DNA of 64,000 nucleotides, from NCBI GenBank assembly GCA_003135555.1, contig PLCF01000085.1, forward strand, positions 1 to 64,000, read 5' to 3'. Source of the DNA: Vulcanimicrobiota bacterium (GTDB lineage Bacteria > Vulcanimicrobiota > Vulcanimicrobiia > Vulcanimicrobiales > Vulcanimicrobiaceae). A model generated the notes under the pieces. That model did no database searches, was not told the origin of the DNA, and saw only the letters and a list, made by a program, of their open reading frames with translations. Positions 28,354 to 47,206 of this stretch are shown in pieces. Numbering within the stretch: position 1 is the first letter of the stretch; each line of letters begins with the position of its first letter. A program made the position numbers and the translations under genes.

Positions 28354-30561
28354 GTGCGCAAGTTTCTGGCTGCTTCGGTGACGGCGTTTGCATTGTTGGC
28401 CGGATGCGGCGGCGGCGCCGGCGTCAGGCTCGCCCCGCAGACGCAGTCCTCGCCTCCCTCGAGCACGACACCCGAGTCGGTGCAGGTGACGGTGCTCGTC
28501 GGCGGCCGCTCGGGCCCGGTCACCAGCAGCGTGCGGCGGCCGAAGTTCATCTCGCCGTCGACCAACGGGATCGACCTCAAAGTGTACGCGCACGGCGGCA
28601 ACACGATCATCGGCGAGTCGAAGACCGACATCTCGTCCGGTTCGGCTGCGTGCGGCGGACAAACGGGCCTGCCGCGCACCTGCACGGTGCCGGTCCCCTC
28701 CCCACCCGGCACCGACGACTTCGTCGGGACGACGTACGATGCGGCGCCGGTGAGCAACTCGTTTTCTGGCGCACACGTGCTCGGCATCGGGGTGCTGACC
28801 GCCACGATCACGCAGGGGGCGAGCAATGCGCTCACCCTCTACATCAGCGGCGTGATCAACTCGCTGGGCTTTCTCGCGCCCAATGCGTCGCTGCCCGGCG
28901 ATGGCGTGAGCCACGACCTCGGCTTCGTGCTCAACCCCGCGGACTTCGGCAACAACCCGATCACCGCCGGCTCCAACGATCCCTATCAGAATCCGATCAG
29001 CGTCCAACTCTCGGAGTCGGGCGGCAGCGGCCACGTGCAAATCGTCAAGAACGGCACGCCGACGGGCGGGACCAGCACGTCGCTGACCCACTCCACCGAC
29101 ACCGTCGCCGTCCGGTACGACGGCGGCGCCGCGCCGGGTTACGACGTCACGGTCACCGTCGGTGCAAACAACGTCACGCCCGAGACGCTGACGATCTCGC
29201 CGATGTACCTTTCTTCGGCGAGCCCGTACTACTCCAATAAGACGCTGTCGTTCACCGGGCCGGGTCAGACGGCGCAAGTCACCCTGAACGAAACCGGCGC
29301 GTCGAATTCCTTGACCTACACGGCGACGCCGAGCGCGAGCTGCGCGGGAATCGCGACGGCGTCGGCGCCGTCCGGGCCGCCGAACGCAGCCTCGACCACC
29401 GTCACCGCCGGTTCGACCGGCGGATCGTGCACGATCGCGTTCTCGGACGGTTCGAGCACGCAGACCTGGAACGTCGTCGTGACAGTTTCGAGCGGCTCGG
29501 TCAACATCCCGAGCGGCGCTCTCGGCCCGATCGTCTTCAACAACTACTCGAGCTCGGCGATTCAGGGCCAGACCGATCCCGCTTCCGGCAAACCCTGGCT
29601 CTCGGACTCCTGCAGCAACAACGACTACGACGCGAAGGTCGTGAACACCACCTCGTACCCGAGCGCGAATTGGAGCGGCTTCGTGCAGCCCACCAAGGCG
29701 CTGCAATTCTCCAACGCGGTGTATCAGGCGTCGTGCTTCGCCGGGCTCGCCACCCCGGAAGGCCCGAAGACGTCCGGGTACCCGAACTCGCTCACCAATA
29801 CCACGGGCCCCGTCCAGTGCGGTCCGACCTGCAATCCGTACTTTTCGTACGAGTTCGTGGTGACGTCGTCGACCGGCGCCTTCCAGCCCGACCTCGAGAT
29901 GGACTTTTCGCCCGTGTACGCCGACAACGGCGCGCGGATGGCGTGGGTCGGACTGTGGCACACGACCAACCCGCACAGCAGCAACGCGCAAAGCCTGTTG
30001 ATCTTCACCACCGACGTCGAGGGCCACACCGGGACGGCGCCGTGCTTGGCGTGTTCGAACTTCGTCGCGCACGAAGTGAAGTACGTCGATCCGGCCCTGG
30101 CGCACAAGATCGGTCTCGCGATCAACTTCGTGCAGCCGGACAACGACACGGTGACGATCTACGTCGACGGCGTGCAACAGCCGCCGGCGACGACGGTCCG
30201 CTCGTGGGAGGACTACTACCTCTTCGACACGGCGCCGGATCCGGGCTACGCGAATCCGTACTCGCGTGCGGTCGACGATGTGCTGTTCCACACGTCCAAT
30301 GTCGACACGTGCGTGGACTTCAACGACTACAGCGGCGGCCCGTGCAACTCCGCGTCGCCGCGGACGGGGCACCCGGGTCACACCGCCAACGCGAACAACG
30401 GGTTCCTGATCACCAACATCGAGACGTGCTCCGGCACGGCGGCGAGTTGCGCGGGGGCGATCCAGACGTCGAGCTCCGCTCGGAGCGTGCAGTCCAAGTC
30501 GTCGTCGAGCTTCGCCCGCCCGTCGACGACCACGTTCCGCAACATGAGCAAGGTCAGATAG
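28354..30561 (+). CDS. Large Ser/Thr-rich surface lipoprotein
   Basis: RBS GAAAGGA; MRKFL...FALLAGC lipobox; Ig-like beta-rich segments with paired Cys. Confidence 0.8.
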   Translation: MRKFLAASVTAFALLAGCGGGAGVRLAPQTQSSPPSSTTPESVQVTVLVGGRSGPVTSSVRRPKFISPSTNGIDLKVYAHGGNTIIGESKTDISSGSAACGGQTGLPRTCTVPVPSPPGTDDFVGTTYDAAPVSNSFSGAHVLGIGVLTATITQGASNALTLYISGVINSLGFLAPNASLPGDGVSHDLGFVLNPADFGNNPITAGSNDPYQNPISVQLSESGGSGHVQIVKNGTPTGGTSTSLTHSTDTVAVRYDGGAAPGYDVTVTVGANNVTPETLTISPMYLSSASPYYSNKTLSFTGPGQTAQVTLNETGASNSLTYTATPSASCAGIATASAPSGPPNAASTTVTAGSTGGSCTIAFSDGSSTQTWNVVVTVSSGSVNIPSGALGPIVFNNYSSSAIQGQTDPASGKPWLSDSCSNNDYDAKVVNTTSYPSANWSGFVQPTKALQFSNAVYQASCFAGLATPEGPKTSGYPNSLTNTTGPVQCGPTCNPYFSYEFVVTSSTGAFQPDLEMDFSPVYADNGARMAWVGLWHTTNPHSSNAQSLLIFTTDVEGHTGTAPCLACSNFVAHEVKYVDPALAHKIGLAINFVQPDNDTVTIYVDGVQQPPATTVRSWEDYYLFDTAPDPGYANPYSRAVDDVLFHTSNVDTCVDFNDYSGGPCNSASPRTGHPGHTANANNGFLITNIETCSGTAASCAGAIQTSSSARSVQSKSSSSFARPSTTTFRNMSKVR

Positions 30562-30592
30562 CGCGCTTGCGCTGACCCGCTCCAGGTCGGAG

Positions 30593-30626
30593 GCCGGCCT
30601 CCTTCGGGGGGCCGGCTTTCCTTTTT
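30593..30626 (+). terminator. Rho-independent terminator
   Basis: GCCGGCCTCC-TTCG-GGGGGCCGGC followed by TTTCCTTTTT. Confidence 0.8.
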
Positions 30627-30670
30627 CCGGCCGCAACGGAGCCGGGTGGGGCGGGGTCTAAGATCGAGTC

Positions 30671-33673
<3,003 letters not shown>

Positions 33674-33701
33674 CTCAGTGGCACCATGGGCCGGTGCCGA
33701 A

Positions 33702-33929
33702 TTAGAGGAGGCGTCGCAAGTCTTCGACGTCCAGGCCTGCGCGCGCGAGGATCGCGCGTAGGGTCCCGATCGGGACGTCACGTTTGCCGTGCACGGGGAT
33801 CGATGCGAAGCGGCCATCGTCGTGCTCGAGGATGACGTGCGAACCGCTTTGACGCGCGACGGCGAAACCGGCGCGCTGCAAGGCGCGGACGAGAGCCGGC
33901 CCGCTGGCGGCGGGCATCTTAAGGCTCAC
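33702..33929 (-). CDS. hicA: HicA-family mRNA interferase toxin
   Basis: ALQRAGF...RQSGSHVIL...IPVHG...GTLRAIL. Confidence 0.88.
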   Translation of the reverse strand: MSLKMPAASGPALVRALQRAGFAVARQSGSHVILEHDDGRFASIPVHGKRDVPIGTLRAILARAGLDVEDLRRLL

Positions 33930-33940
33930 GTTGCGGCGTG

Positions 33941-34174
33941 CTATGCGGCGACGCTGACGATTTCGAGCCTGGCGCCATCGGCGTCAGGCTCGGGGACCTC
34001 GAGGCCTCGCTCGCGGCGGTACTCCACCGAAAGCCGGATGGCGTCTTCGGCCATGCGAAGCGCATCGTCCCGGTCTGTCCCGTAGGTTTGAATCTCGGGG
34101 AACGCCGGCACGACGACGCGGACGAGATCATCGTCGGGTTCAAGGAGCACGGCGTACCGAAGCAGGTCAGCCAT
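33941..34174 (-). CDS. hicB: HicB-family antitoxin (short, no DNA-binding domain)
   Basis: YAVLLEPDD...VVVPAFPEIQTYGTDRDDALRMAEDAI...EVPEP. Confidence 0.88.
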   Translation of the reverse strand: MADLLRYAVLLEPDDDLVRVVVPAFPEIQTYGTDRDDALRMAEDAIRLSVEYRRERGLEVPEPDADGARLEIVSVAA

Positions 34175-34265
34175 GAGACCTGGATTCGACGGCAATGCTG
34201 CCATCCCCGGTCCGTTCGCAGCGAGGGCGCGGGGTTGCTGGGGCCGGGTCGAACGACGACGCACC

Positions 34266-34415
34266 ATGATTACACCCGACCAAGAGATCCAGCTCAAGCA
34301 GATCGCCGCGCAACTCGTCGGCTCGATGCTCGACAACCACAACGGCGACTGGGACGACAAGGAGACGGCGAAAGCGTTCTTGACGATCTACCAAGCCGTC
34401 AAGAACGCAATGTAA
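34266..34415 (+). CDS. Small hypothetical protein (49 aa)
   Basis: MITPDQEIQLKQIAAQ...; strongly biased codon usage. Confidence 0.55.
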   Translation: MITPDQEIQLKQIAAQLVGSMLDNHNGDWDDKETAKAFLTIYQAVKNAM

Positions 34416-34429
34416 CAGCCTTCGGCCCG

Positions 34430-35266
34430 TTACCCCCGGCGCTCGAGCAGCGCGTTGGCGTCGGCGTACGAGACGCTGGGCTCACGGGTGAAGGAGAACG
34501 TGCCGCTGTCGCGCAGTTCGTGCGCGATCTCGCGCAGCACCCCCAGCGTGCGGCGCATCACCGACGAACCGACGCTGACGCGCCGTACGCCGAGGCGCTG
34601 CAGCGCGGCTGCGTCAGGGATGGTCGGCCCGGCCAGGACGTTGAGCGGCAGCGCTACCGAAGCAGCGATCCGGCGAATCGTCTCGGCATCGGCGATGCCC
34701 GGCACGAAGACGCCGTCGGCGCCCGCTTTGGCGTATGCGCGCAGGCGTTCCACCGTTGCCTCGAAGCGCTTCGCTGGCGATCCGATGTGCGCGAGATAGA
34801 TGTCGGTTCGCGCGTTGAGGAACACGTCTGGCGCGGCTTCCTTCGCCGCCGCGACGCGCTCCGCCGCCTGCTCGATCGGAAAGACCTCGCTCTCGTACAG
34901 CCCGTCCTCGAGGTTGTAGCCGGCGACGCCGGTCTGTGCGAGCCGCCGCACGAACTGCCCCAGCGACGCGGTGTCGGGAGCGTAGCCGCTTTCGATGTCG
35001 GCTGAGAGTGGCACGTCGAGCGCGTGCACGATGCGCTCGAGCGTCGCGAGGTGCAACTCGATGTCGAGGACGTTTCCGTCTGCGTACCCCAGCGAGTTCG
35101 CCAGCCCCGCGCTCGACGTCGCGACCGCGGGAAAGCCGGCGTCTTCGTAGACGCGGGCCGAGATGACGTCCCAGGCGTTGGGCAGGACGAGAATCGCCGG
35201 CCCCTCGTGCAAGGCCCGAAAGGCGCGCCGCCGCTCGGCCGTCGTCGTCTGATCGAACCCAACCAT
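34430..35266 (-). CDS. Isocitrate lyase/PEP mutase family protein
   Basis: LVLPNAWD; ATSSAG; ADIESGY; NLEDG; NARTD; AGADGVFVPG. Confidence 0.92.
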   Translation of the reverse strand: MVGFDQTTTAERRRAFRALHEGPAILVLPNAWDVISARVYEDAGFPAVATSSAGLANSLGYADGNVLDIELHLATLERIVHALDVPLSADIESGYAPDTASLGQFVRRLAQTGVAGYNLEDGLYESEVFPIEQAAERVAAAKEAAPDVFLNARTDIYLAHIGSPAKRFEATVERLRAYAKAGADGVFVPGIADAETIRRIAASVALPLNVLAGPTIPDAAALQRLGVRRVSVGSSVMRRTLGVLREIAHELRDSGTFSFTREPSVSYADANALLERRG

Positions 35267-35267
35267 C

Positions 35268-40113
<4,846 letters not shown>

Positions 40114-40114
<1 letters not shown>

Positions 40115-40476
40115 CAGCCTTCGAGCACCACGACGGCCGCCGCCGTCGTCGCCGTATGGGTGATCGTGAGATGGATGGCGCGCACGCCGCGCTGCTCGAG
40201 CAGCTTTTCGTAGCCGCCGTAGAGGCGAATCACCGGGCGTCCGCTGCGCTCGTGCGAGACGCCGACCGACTTCCATGGGATCGCGTGACCGAAGGCCTTG
40301 CGCGTCGCCTCCTTCGCGGCGAAGAAGCCTGCCAGCCGCTCCGCCCAGTGGCGTTTGCGCATCGCGTACGCCATCTCTTCGTCGGTGTAGACCTTGCGGG
40401 CGAAGCGCGCGCGCGTCGTCTCGTCGAACGCGTAGCGTTCCACCTCGGCGAGGTCGAGGCCGATCCCGACGATCAT
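40114..40476 (-). CDS. acpS: Holo-[acyl-carrier-protein] synthase
   Basis: MIVGIGLDLAE; FAAKEA; SGRP; LTITH. Confidence 0.95.
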
Positions 40477-40542
40477 GCTGCGGCCTTCGACCGACGCAGC
40501 GCCAGGACCGCGCGACGCGCGGACCGAAGCCGTGGTACCGGC

Positions 40543-41079
40543 GTGCGCGAGATCAGCATCGTTCCGATCAATGCGATCGACGCAGGATTGCTCACCCGGC
40601 TTGCTTTGTGCCTGGAGGAGCGGTTCCTCGCGACGGCGGCCGTGCGTGCCTCGCTTGCCGTCCCCAAAGGCGCCCTCAATAGCACGCGCGGCCAACTGTT
40701 CTTCGGCTCGCTGGTCGGGCGCCTGACCTCCGCCTACGAAACGCGCGAGGAACTCGTGCTCGGCGTGACCGAGTTCGACCTCTACAAGACGTCGCATCAG
40801 TTCGTCTTTGGATCCTCCAGCGAGACGCAACGCTGCGCGGCGGTGTCGTTGCACCGGCTGCGCTCGGAGTTTTACGGCGACCCGCCCGACGAGAACGCGC
40901 TGTTTCAGCGGCTCTTGAAGGAAAGCGTCCACGAGATCGGCCACGCCCTGGGCCTGCGCCATTGCTACAACGCGCGCTGCGCGATGTACTATTCGGACTC
41001 GGTCTTCGACACCGACAACAAGTACTCGCACTTCTGCGAGACCTGCGAGCGACGCAGCCGAGCGAACCGCCCCGCCTAA
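40543..41079 (+). CDS. Archaemetzincin-family Zn metalloprotease
   Basis: HEIGHALGLRHC...CAMYYS...FCETC. Confidence 0.9.
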   Translation: MREISIVPINAIDAGLLTRLALCLEERFLATAAVRASLAVPKGALNSTRGQLFFGSLVGRLTSAYETREELVLGVTEFDLYKTSHQFVFGSSSETQRCAAVSLHRLRSEFYGDPPDENALFQRLLKESVHEIGHALGLRHCYNARCAMYYSDSVFDTDNKYSHFCETCERRSRANRPA

Positions 41080-41136
41080 GCGCCTCCTTGGCCTCAAGGG
41101 CGGTCCGCCGTCGTCCGATGCCTGAAAGGACGGAGC

Positions 41137-42708
41137 GTGCGGTGGGCACGTCTCCGATCTCATCCGCTCGTCAGCGAGGGCTCGTTGAGACCGATCCTGG
41201 ACCGTCTGCTCGCCTTGCGCCGCCGCGCCCCGGCCGGAGTGCGCGCCGCCATGGCCGCCGTGGTGCTGGCGGGGCTGGGTGGACTGGCAGCGCTCCTGGA
41301 GCGTGGTGCGGGCGGGACCCCAGGCTCGCTGGCCGCCGGGCTGGGCTTAGCCGCGTGCGGCTTCGTGCTGGTGGTCTGGCTCTGCGACGCCCCGGCCGGC
41401 GGTCCGGCCGCTGATCCTCGGGCGGTCGTGCCGGCCGCCGAAGGCGGGGCCCTCGCGCTGCTCGGCGCCGAGCTGCGGGAGGTCGCGGCCGGAGATCTGA
41501 CCCGGGAATGCACGGTCTCCGAAGGCCCGGTGGCCCAACTCGCGGCCGGACTCAACACGTTCGTCGGCGGGGTCCACGGTTTCGTCGCCGGGATGCGCCA
41601 CGAGGCCGAGCGGCTCGGGGCCGCCGGCTCCGACTTGCACGGTACCGCCGAGTCGTCGCTGGCCGTGATCGAGGGCGGCGCGATCGCCCAAAAACAGCTC
41701 GAGGACGGCATCGTCGAGCAGTCGCGGATCGTCGAAGGCGCGCTGTTCAAGGTGCGCGCGATGACCGACGCGATCACCGAGCTCGCCGGGTCGGCCCAGC
41801 AGCAGACCCGCTCGCTCGACGAGACGGCGATCGACGTCTCGGCGATGTCGGCATCGATCGAAGAAGTCTCGGCTCAGGTCGAGTCGCTGCTCGCCATCTC
41901 GTCGCAGACCACGCAGACCGCCGATCGCGGCGGCGCCGCGATCCACACCATCGTCGACGCGATGGCGACGATCCGCTCGACGATCGAGGACCTGGGCGGC
42001 GACATCCGCCGCCTGGGCGCAAACTCCGACCAGATCGGCGACATCGTCAAAGTCATCGACCGCATCGCCGAGCAGACGAATTTGCTGGCGCTCAACGCCG
42101 CAATCGAAGCCGCCCGCGCGGGCGAGCACGGCCGCGGTTTCGCGGTGGTAGCGTCGGAGATCCGCAAACTCGCCGACGGCAGCGTCCAGGCGACCAAAGA
42201 GATCGCCGGACACATCGGGTCCACGCAGTCGGTCATCGCCCAGGTCACCGAGGCGATGTCGCGGCTCACCGATCGCCTCGAGGCCAGCGTTTCGTCCACC
42301 GACAGCGCGTCGGACGCGCTGCGCGAGATCGTCGCCGCGGTCAAGGACGCGAACCAGCAGATCGGGCAGATCAGCGCCGTCACCCGCTCGATGTCCGAGA
42401 ACACGTTCCGCGTGATCCGCTCGATCGAGGAGATCGCACGGTCGGTCAATGCGAACCTCGCGGCGACCAAACAGATGGCGTCGCACTCCGGCGAGGTGTC
42501 GAGCGCCTTCGATTCCATCACGGCGATTTCGTCACAGAACGCGTCGTCGGTCGAAGTTCTCACCTACGTCAACGCCGAGGTCACGTCGGCCGCGCAGCGC
42601 ATTCTGGGTTCCGTCGATGAGATGAACCAGCACGCATCCGCGATCGACGGCCGGCTCGGCCGCTACACCACCATCGACGACAAGATCACCCAGGAGATCG
42701 TGGTATGA
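41137..42708 (+). CDS. Methyl-accepting chemotaxis protein without a periplasmic sensor
   Basis: [37 protein letters not shown]; two closely spaced TM segments; start uncertain. Confidence 0.92.
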   Translation: MRWARLRSHPLVSEGSLRPILDRLLALRRRAPAGVRAAMAAVVLAGLGGLAALLERGAGGTPGSLAAGLGLAACGFVLVVWLCDAPAGGPAADPRAVVPAAEGGALALLGAELREVAAGDLTRECTVSEGPVAQLAAGLNTFVGGVHGFVAGMRHEAERLGAAGSDLHGTAESSLAVIEGGAIAQKQLEDGIVEQSRIVEGALFKVRAMTDAITELAGSAQQQTRSLDETAIDVSAMSASIEEVSAQVESLLAISSQTTQTADRGGAAIHTIVDAMATIRSTIEDLGGDIRRLGANSDQIGDIVKVIDRIAEQTNLLALNAAIEAARAGEHGRGFAVVASEIRKLADGSVQATKEIAGHIGSTQSVIAQVTEAMSRLTDRLEASVSSTDSASDALREIVAAVKDANQQIGQISAVTRSMSENTFRVIRSIEEIARSVNANLAATKQMASHSGEVSSAFDSITAISSQNASSVEVLTYVNAEVTSAAQRILGSVDEMNQHASAIDGRLGRYTTIDDKITQEIVV

Positions 42709-44057
42709 AGCTCGGGTTGCGCACGAAACTCATCGGTACCCTCGTCGGGGCCATCGTCATCTCGTCGGCGATCGGCGCGATCGCCGCGCGCCAGACGATG
42801 GCGACCGACCTCAACGGGCTCGCGACCCAGCAGGTCGGTAGCGGTGCTACCGGTTACGCCGGCTATTGGGACGCCAAGCGCGACCTGGTGAAGCTCCTCG
42901 TCGGCCAAGCCGCGATCAATGAGACGATCCGACGCGGCACCGCCGCGCACGCGCGCAACCTCGACGGTACGCTGACCGAGATCGCGCACCAGGGCGGGCT
43001 CTCGTTCCTCACCATCGTCGACGCGCGCGGCTACGTCGTCGCTCGCGCGACCGGCGGGAAGCCGGGGATGAAGCATCCCTCGCCGCTCGTGAAGCGCGCG
43101 CTGCTGGGCGAGACCGTCCGGACCGCCGCGCGAATCCCGCACGACGAGCTGTTGCCCGAGTTCCTCGAACCGCAGATCGAGTCCACCACCCCGGGCCGCG
43201 AAGGTCTCGTCGAAGGATTGGGGATCGTCTCGGCGGTTCCGATCTCCGACGCCAACGGCCGCACGATCGGCGCGGCCTACGGCGGGATCGTCATAGACCA
43301 CTACTACGACGTCGTCGACCAAGCCGCGCAGGCACTGGGCGGCAAAGCCGCGGTGATCTTCCAAGGCGAGCTCATCTCCAGCTCGCTGACACGGCGCGAC
43401 GGGACCCGGCTCGTGGACGATTCGGCCAGCGACCGCGTCAAGGACCTCACCACGCCCTTCTACGGCACCGACCTCGAAGGCGGCGTCGAGTACCTGGTGC
43501 GCGTCGAGCCGATCTTAGACGATCAGATGCACGTCGTCGCGTCGCGCTGGTTCGGCGTCCCGCTCGCGACCTTTACGCGTATCCAAGAGCACACGCTCGT
43601 TTCGATGCTCGGCTGGAGCATCGTCGGAATCCTGATCGGTCTCGCGATCGCGCTGCCGGTCGTCGGAAGGATCGCCCGCGATCTCGTCGCGCGCAGCCGC
43701 CAGGTGCGTACCTCGGCCCGCGAGCTTTCCGTGGTCATCGTCGGCAGCGAGGTGTCGGGCGATCACGTCGCGCAGACGCGCGCCGCCGTCGAGCGCCAGG
43801 GCGAGCTGCTCATGCAGGCGGCGACCGAAACACATCCTGAAGAGTCTGCACACCGCGTCGCCACGGCGACCGTCCGCGGCGTTTCGGAGAAGATCCTCGC
43901 GGCCTCGGCGCTCAACGCGGAGATCCTGGGCGACGTCGTCGTGATCGACACGTTGGCATCGGAGATGGCCGAGCGGACGCAGCAAGCGGTCGCGCGCGTG
44001 AACGAGCTCAACGACGTGGCGGTCGGTCTCGACGAATTGGTGAACGGCGCGAAGTGA
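42705..44057 (+). CDS. Cache-domain membrane sensor with a short coiled-coil tail
   Basis: TM1; [27 protein letters not shown]...[13 protein letters not shown]2; no MCP hairpin motif. Confidence 0.78.
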   Translation: MKLGLRTKLIGTLVGAIVISSAIGAIAARQTMATDLNGLATQQVGSGATGYAGYWDAKRDLVKLLVGQAAINETIRRGTAAHARNLDGTLTEIAHQGGLSFLTIVDARGYVVARATGGKPGMKHPSPLVKRALLGETVRTAARIPHDELLPEFLEPQIESTTPGREGLVEGLGIVSAVPISDANGRTIGAAYGGIVIDHYYDVVDQAAQALGGKAAVIFQGELISSSLTRRDGTRLVDDSASDRVKDLTTPFYGTDLEGGVEYLVRVEPILDDQMHVVASRWFGVPLATFTRIQEHTLVSMLGWSIVGILIGLAIALPVVGRIARDLVARSRQVRTSARELSVVIVGSEVSGDHVAQTRAAVERQGELLMQAATETHPEESAHRVATATVRGVSEKILAASALNAEILGDVVVIDTLASEMAERTQQAVARVNELNDVAVGLDELVNGAK

Positions 44058-44063
44058 GACGCG

Positions 44064-44279
44064 ATGGCTGACGTCCTGTTGTACTTCGCGTCCAACGCCG
44101 AGACCATGATCGCGACCAAAGCGCTCAAAGACGGCGGCGTCGCCGCGAAGATGATTCCGAAGCCGGCGCACGTTATCGCCTCGGCGAACCTCGCCCTGAG
44201 CGTCGATCCGTCGTTCGAGGCGACCGCGATCGCCGTGCTCGGCAAAGCGAACGTCGCCCTGGGCGGCGTGGTCAAGTAG
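44064..44279 (+). CDS. DUF3343-like small protein
   Basis: LLYFAS...ALKDGGV...MIPKP...LAL pattern. Confidence 0.65.
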   Translation: MADVLLYFASNAETMIATKALKDGGVAAKMIPKPAHVIASANLALSVDPSFEATAIAVLGKANVALGGVVK

Positions 44280-44290
44280 CGGGCAGCGCC

Positions 44291-45127
44291 TCAGCGCACG
44301 ACGCGGGCGTCGGCGAGGTGAACGACCCGTTCGCGCCCCGCGACGTCGACGACGAGGCCGCCGTCGCGGTCCAATCGCAGCGCCGAGCCTTCGAGCACCG
44401 AGCCGTCGGCATCGAGCTGCAAGCGGTAGGGCGTACCGCGCAGCGCGGCGCGCTCTTCCCAGGCGCGCCCAACGTCGTTGGGACGATCGAGCACGTCGGC
44501 CAGCGCGTCCATCGCCGCGAGGATCCCCGCGAGTATCGCTTCACGCTCGGCGTGTAGCGCCGCGTCGGAGAGAAACGCCGGCGGCGGATCGATTTCGGCC
44601 AGCGTGCGTGCCTGCTCCGAGCCGGTTGCGGGCCGGCGCACGTTGAGCCCGATGCCGCAGCCGACGTGCGCGGTCGCGCCGAGCACGCGCGACGTGCACA
44701 AGATTCCCGCGGCCTTGCGAGAGGCGAGATCGAGGTCGTTGGGCCAGCGCAGATCCAGCCGCACGCCGCATCCTTCCTCGACGCCGTCGGCGACGGCCAA
44801 CGCGGTCCAAAACGGGACGCACCACAGCGCGTCGGTCGCCACCGCCGCCGGCAAGATGGTCGTGAACGTCAGCGCGCACCCGGCCGGCGCGTGCCAGCGC
44901 CGCCCGGACTTGCGGCCGCGCCCCGCCGTCTGAAACTCGGCGACCAACGTCGCACCGGCCGCCGACGGATCGCCCAGCAGCGCCGCCGCGTCGTCGTTGG
45001 TGCTGCCGGTCGTGCGTACGTAGCGGACCTCGGCGAGACGCGTGCCGCCGAGCGCAGCGCGCACGCGCGCGGCGTCCAGGAACCCCGACCCATCGCGTCC
45101 GCACGGAGGTGCGTCATCGTCCGGCAC
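44291..45127 (-). CDS. birA: Biotin--[acetyl-CoA-carboxylase] ligase (type I, no HTH); start uncertain
   Basis: TGSTND; AEFQTAGRGR; RWPNDL; KAAGIL; GIGLNV. Confidence 0.9.
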   Translation of the reverse strand: MPDDDAPPCGRDGSGFLDAARVRAALGGTRLAEVRYVRTTGSTNDDAAALLGDPSAAGATLVAEFQTAGRGRKSGRRWHAPAGCALTFTTILPAAVATDALWCVPFWTALAVADGVEEGCGVRLDLRWPNDLDLASRKAAGILCTSRVLGATAHVGCGIGLNVRRPATGSEQARTLAEIDPPPAFLSDAALHAEREAILAGILAAMDALADVLDRPNDVGRAWEERAALRGTPYRLQLDADGSVLEGSALRLDRDGGLVVDVAGRERVVHLADARVVR

Positions 45128-45143
45128 GTATAGCCCCTCCGCT

Positions 45144-45599
45144 ATGGCAGTCGAACGGACCTTGATTCTCGCCAAAGGAGACGCGCTCGTGCGCGGCCTC
45201 GTCGGCGAGATCCTCGCGCGCTACGAGCGGCGCGGCTACACGATCCTGGGACTCAAGCTCATGCAGGTCAGCCGGGATCAGGCGCAGCGCCACTACGCCG
45301 AGCACGAGGGGAAGCCGTTCTTCGCGGGCTTGGTCGACTACATCACCGCGACGCCGGTCGTCGCGCTGGTGGTCGAGGGCCACGACGCTATCGAAGGCTG
45401 CCGCGCAACCAACGGCGCGACGAATCCGATCAAGGCCACGCCGGGGACCGTTCGCGGCGACTTCGGGCAGACCGTCGGGCGCAATCTCGTCCACGCCTCG
45501 GACTCCCCCGCCGCAGCCGAGCGTGAGGTCGCGATCTTCTTTCACGACGCCGAGCTGTTCACGCGCGCGCACGCGCTCGCGGCCTGGCTCGCCGAGTAG
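45144..45599 (+). CDS. ndk: Nucleoside diphosphate kinase
   Basis: ERTL; HYAEHEGKPFF; GATNP; PGTVRGDF; RNLVHASDS. Confidence 0.97.
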   Translation: MAVERTLILAKGDALVRGLVGEILARYERRGYTILGLKLMQVSRDQAQRHYAEHEGKPFFAGLVDYITATPVVALVVEGHDAIEGCRATNGATNPIKATPGTVRGDFGQTVGRNLVHASDSPAAAEREVAIFFHDAELFTRAHALAAWLAE

Positions 45600-46937
<1,338 letters not shown>

Positions 46938-46944
46938 GGGCTAC

Positions 46945-47016
46945 GGGCCCGTAGCTCAGCGGTAGAGCAGCCGGCTCATAACTGGTCGCGCGCTGGTTCG
47001 AATCCAGCCGGGCCCA
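46945..47016 (+). tRNA. tRNA with CAU anticodon, probably tRNA-Ile2 (lysidine) rather than Met; CCA not encoded
   Basis: GGGCCCG/CGGGCCC acceptor stem; CT-CAT-AA loop; GGTTCGAATCC T arm; paired G1-C72, so not initiator. Confidence 0.9.
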
Positions 47017-47033
47017 CGAGCATCGCCTGTCGG

Positions 47034-47108
47034 GGCGCCATAGTCTATCGGTTAGGACGCCGCCCTTTCAAGGCGGAGAGACGGGTTCAATTCCCGTTGG
47101 CGCTACCA
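47034..47108 (+). tRNA. tRNA-Glu (UUC)
   Basis: GGCGCCA/TGGCGCT acceptor stem; CCGCC-CT-TTC-AA-GGCGG; encoded CCA. Confidence 0.95.
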
Positions 47109-47112
47109 AACG

Positions 47113-47141
47113 AAGACCCCGTCGCAAGACGGGGTCTTTTC
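47113..47141 (+). terminator. Rho-independent terminator after the tRNA pair
   Basis: AAGACCCCGTC-GCAA-GACGGGGTCTT followed by T tract. Confidence 0.9.
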
Positions 47142-47206
47142 TCGGGTCGCGGGCGGGCCGGGTTAGGCAGCCGTGGCAGCGAAATCGCCGCTATGGAACG
47201 GTTCGT

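Noticed and set aside
46945..47016. Initiator tRNA-fMet
   Set aside because: Has a paired G1-C72 and lacks the three consecutive G-C pairs in the anticodon stem.
47160..47193. GGTTAGG and GCGAAATCGC after the tRNA-Glu terminator resemble pieces of the junction boxes
   Set aside because: Short, in inconsistent orientation and spacing, and without the terminal 20-mer; likely chance.
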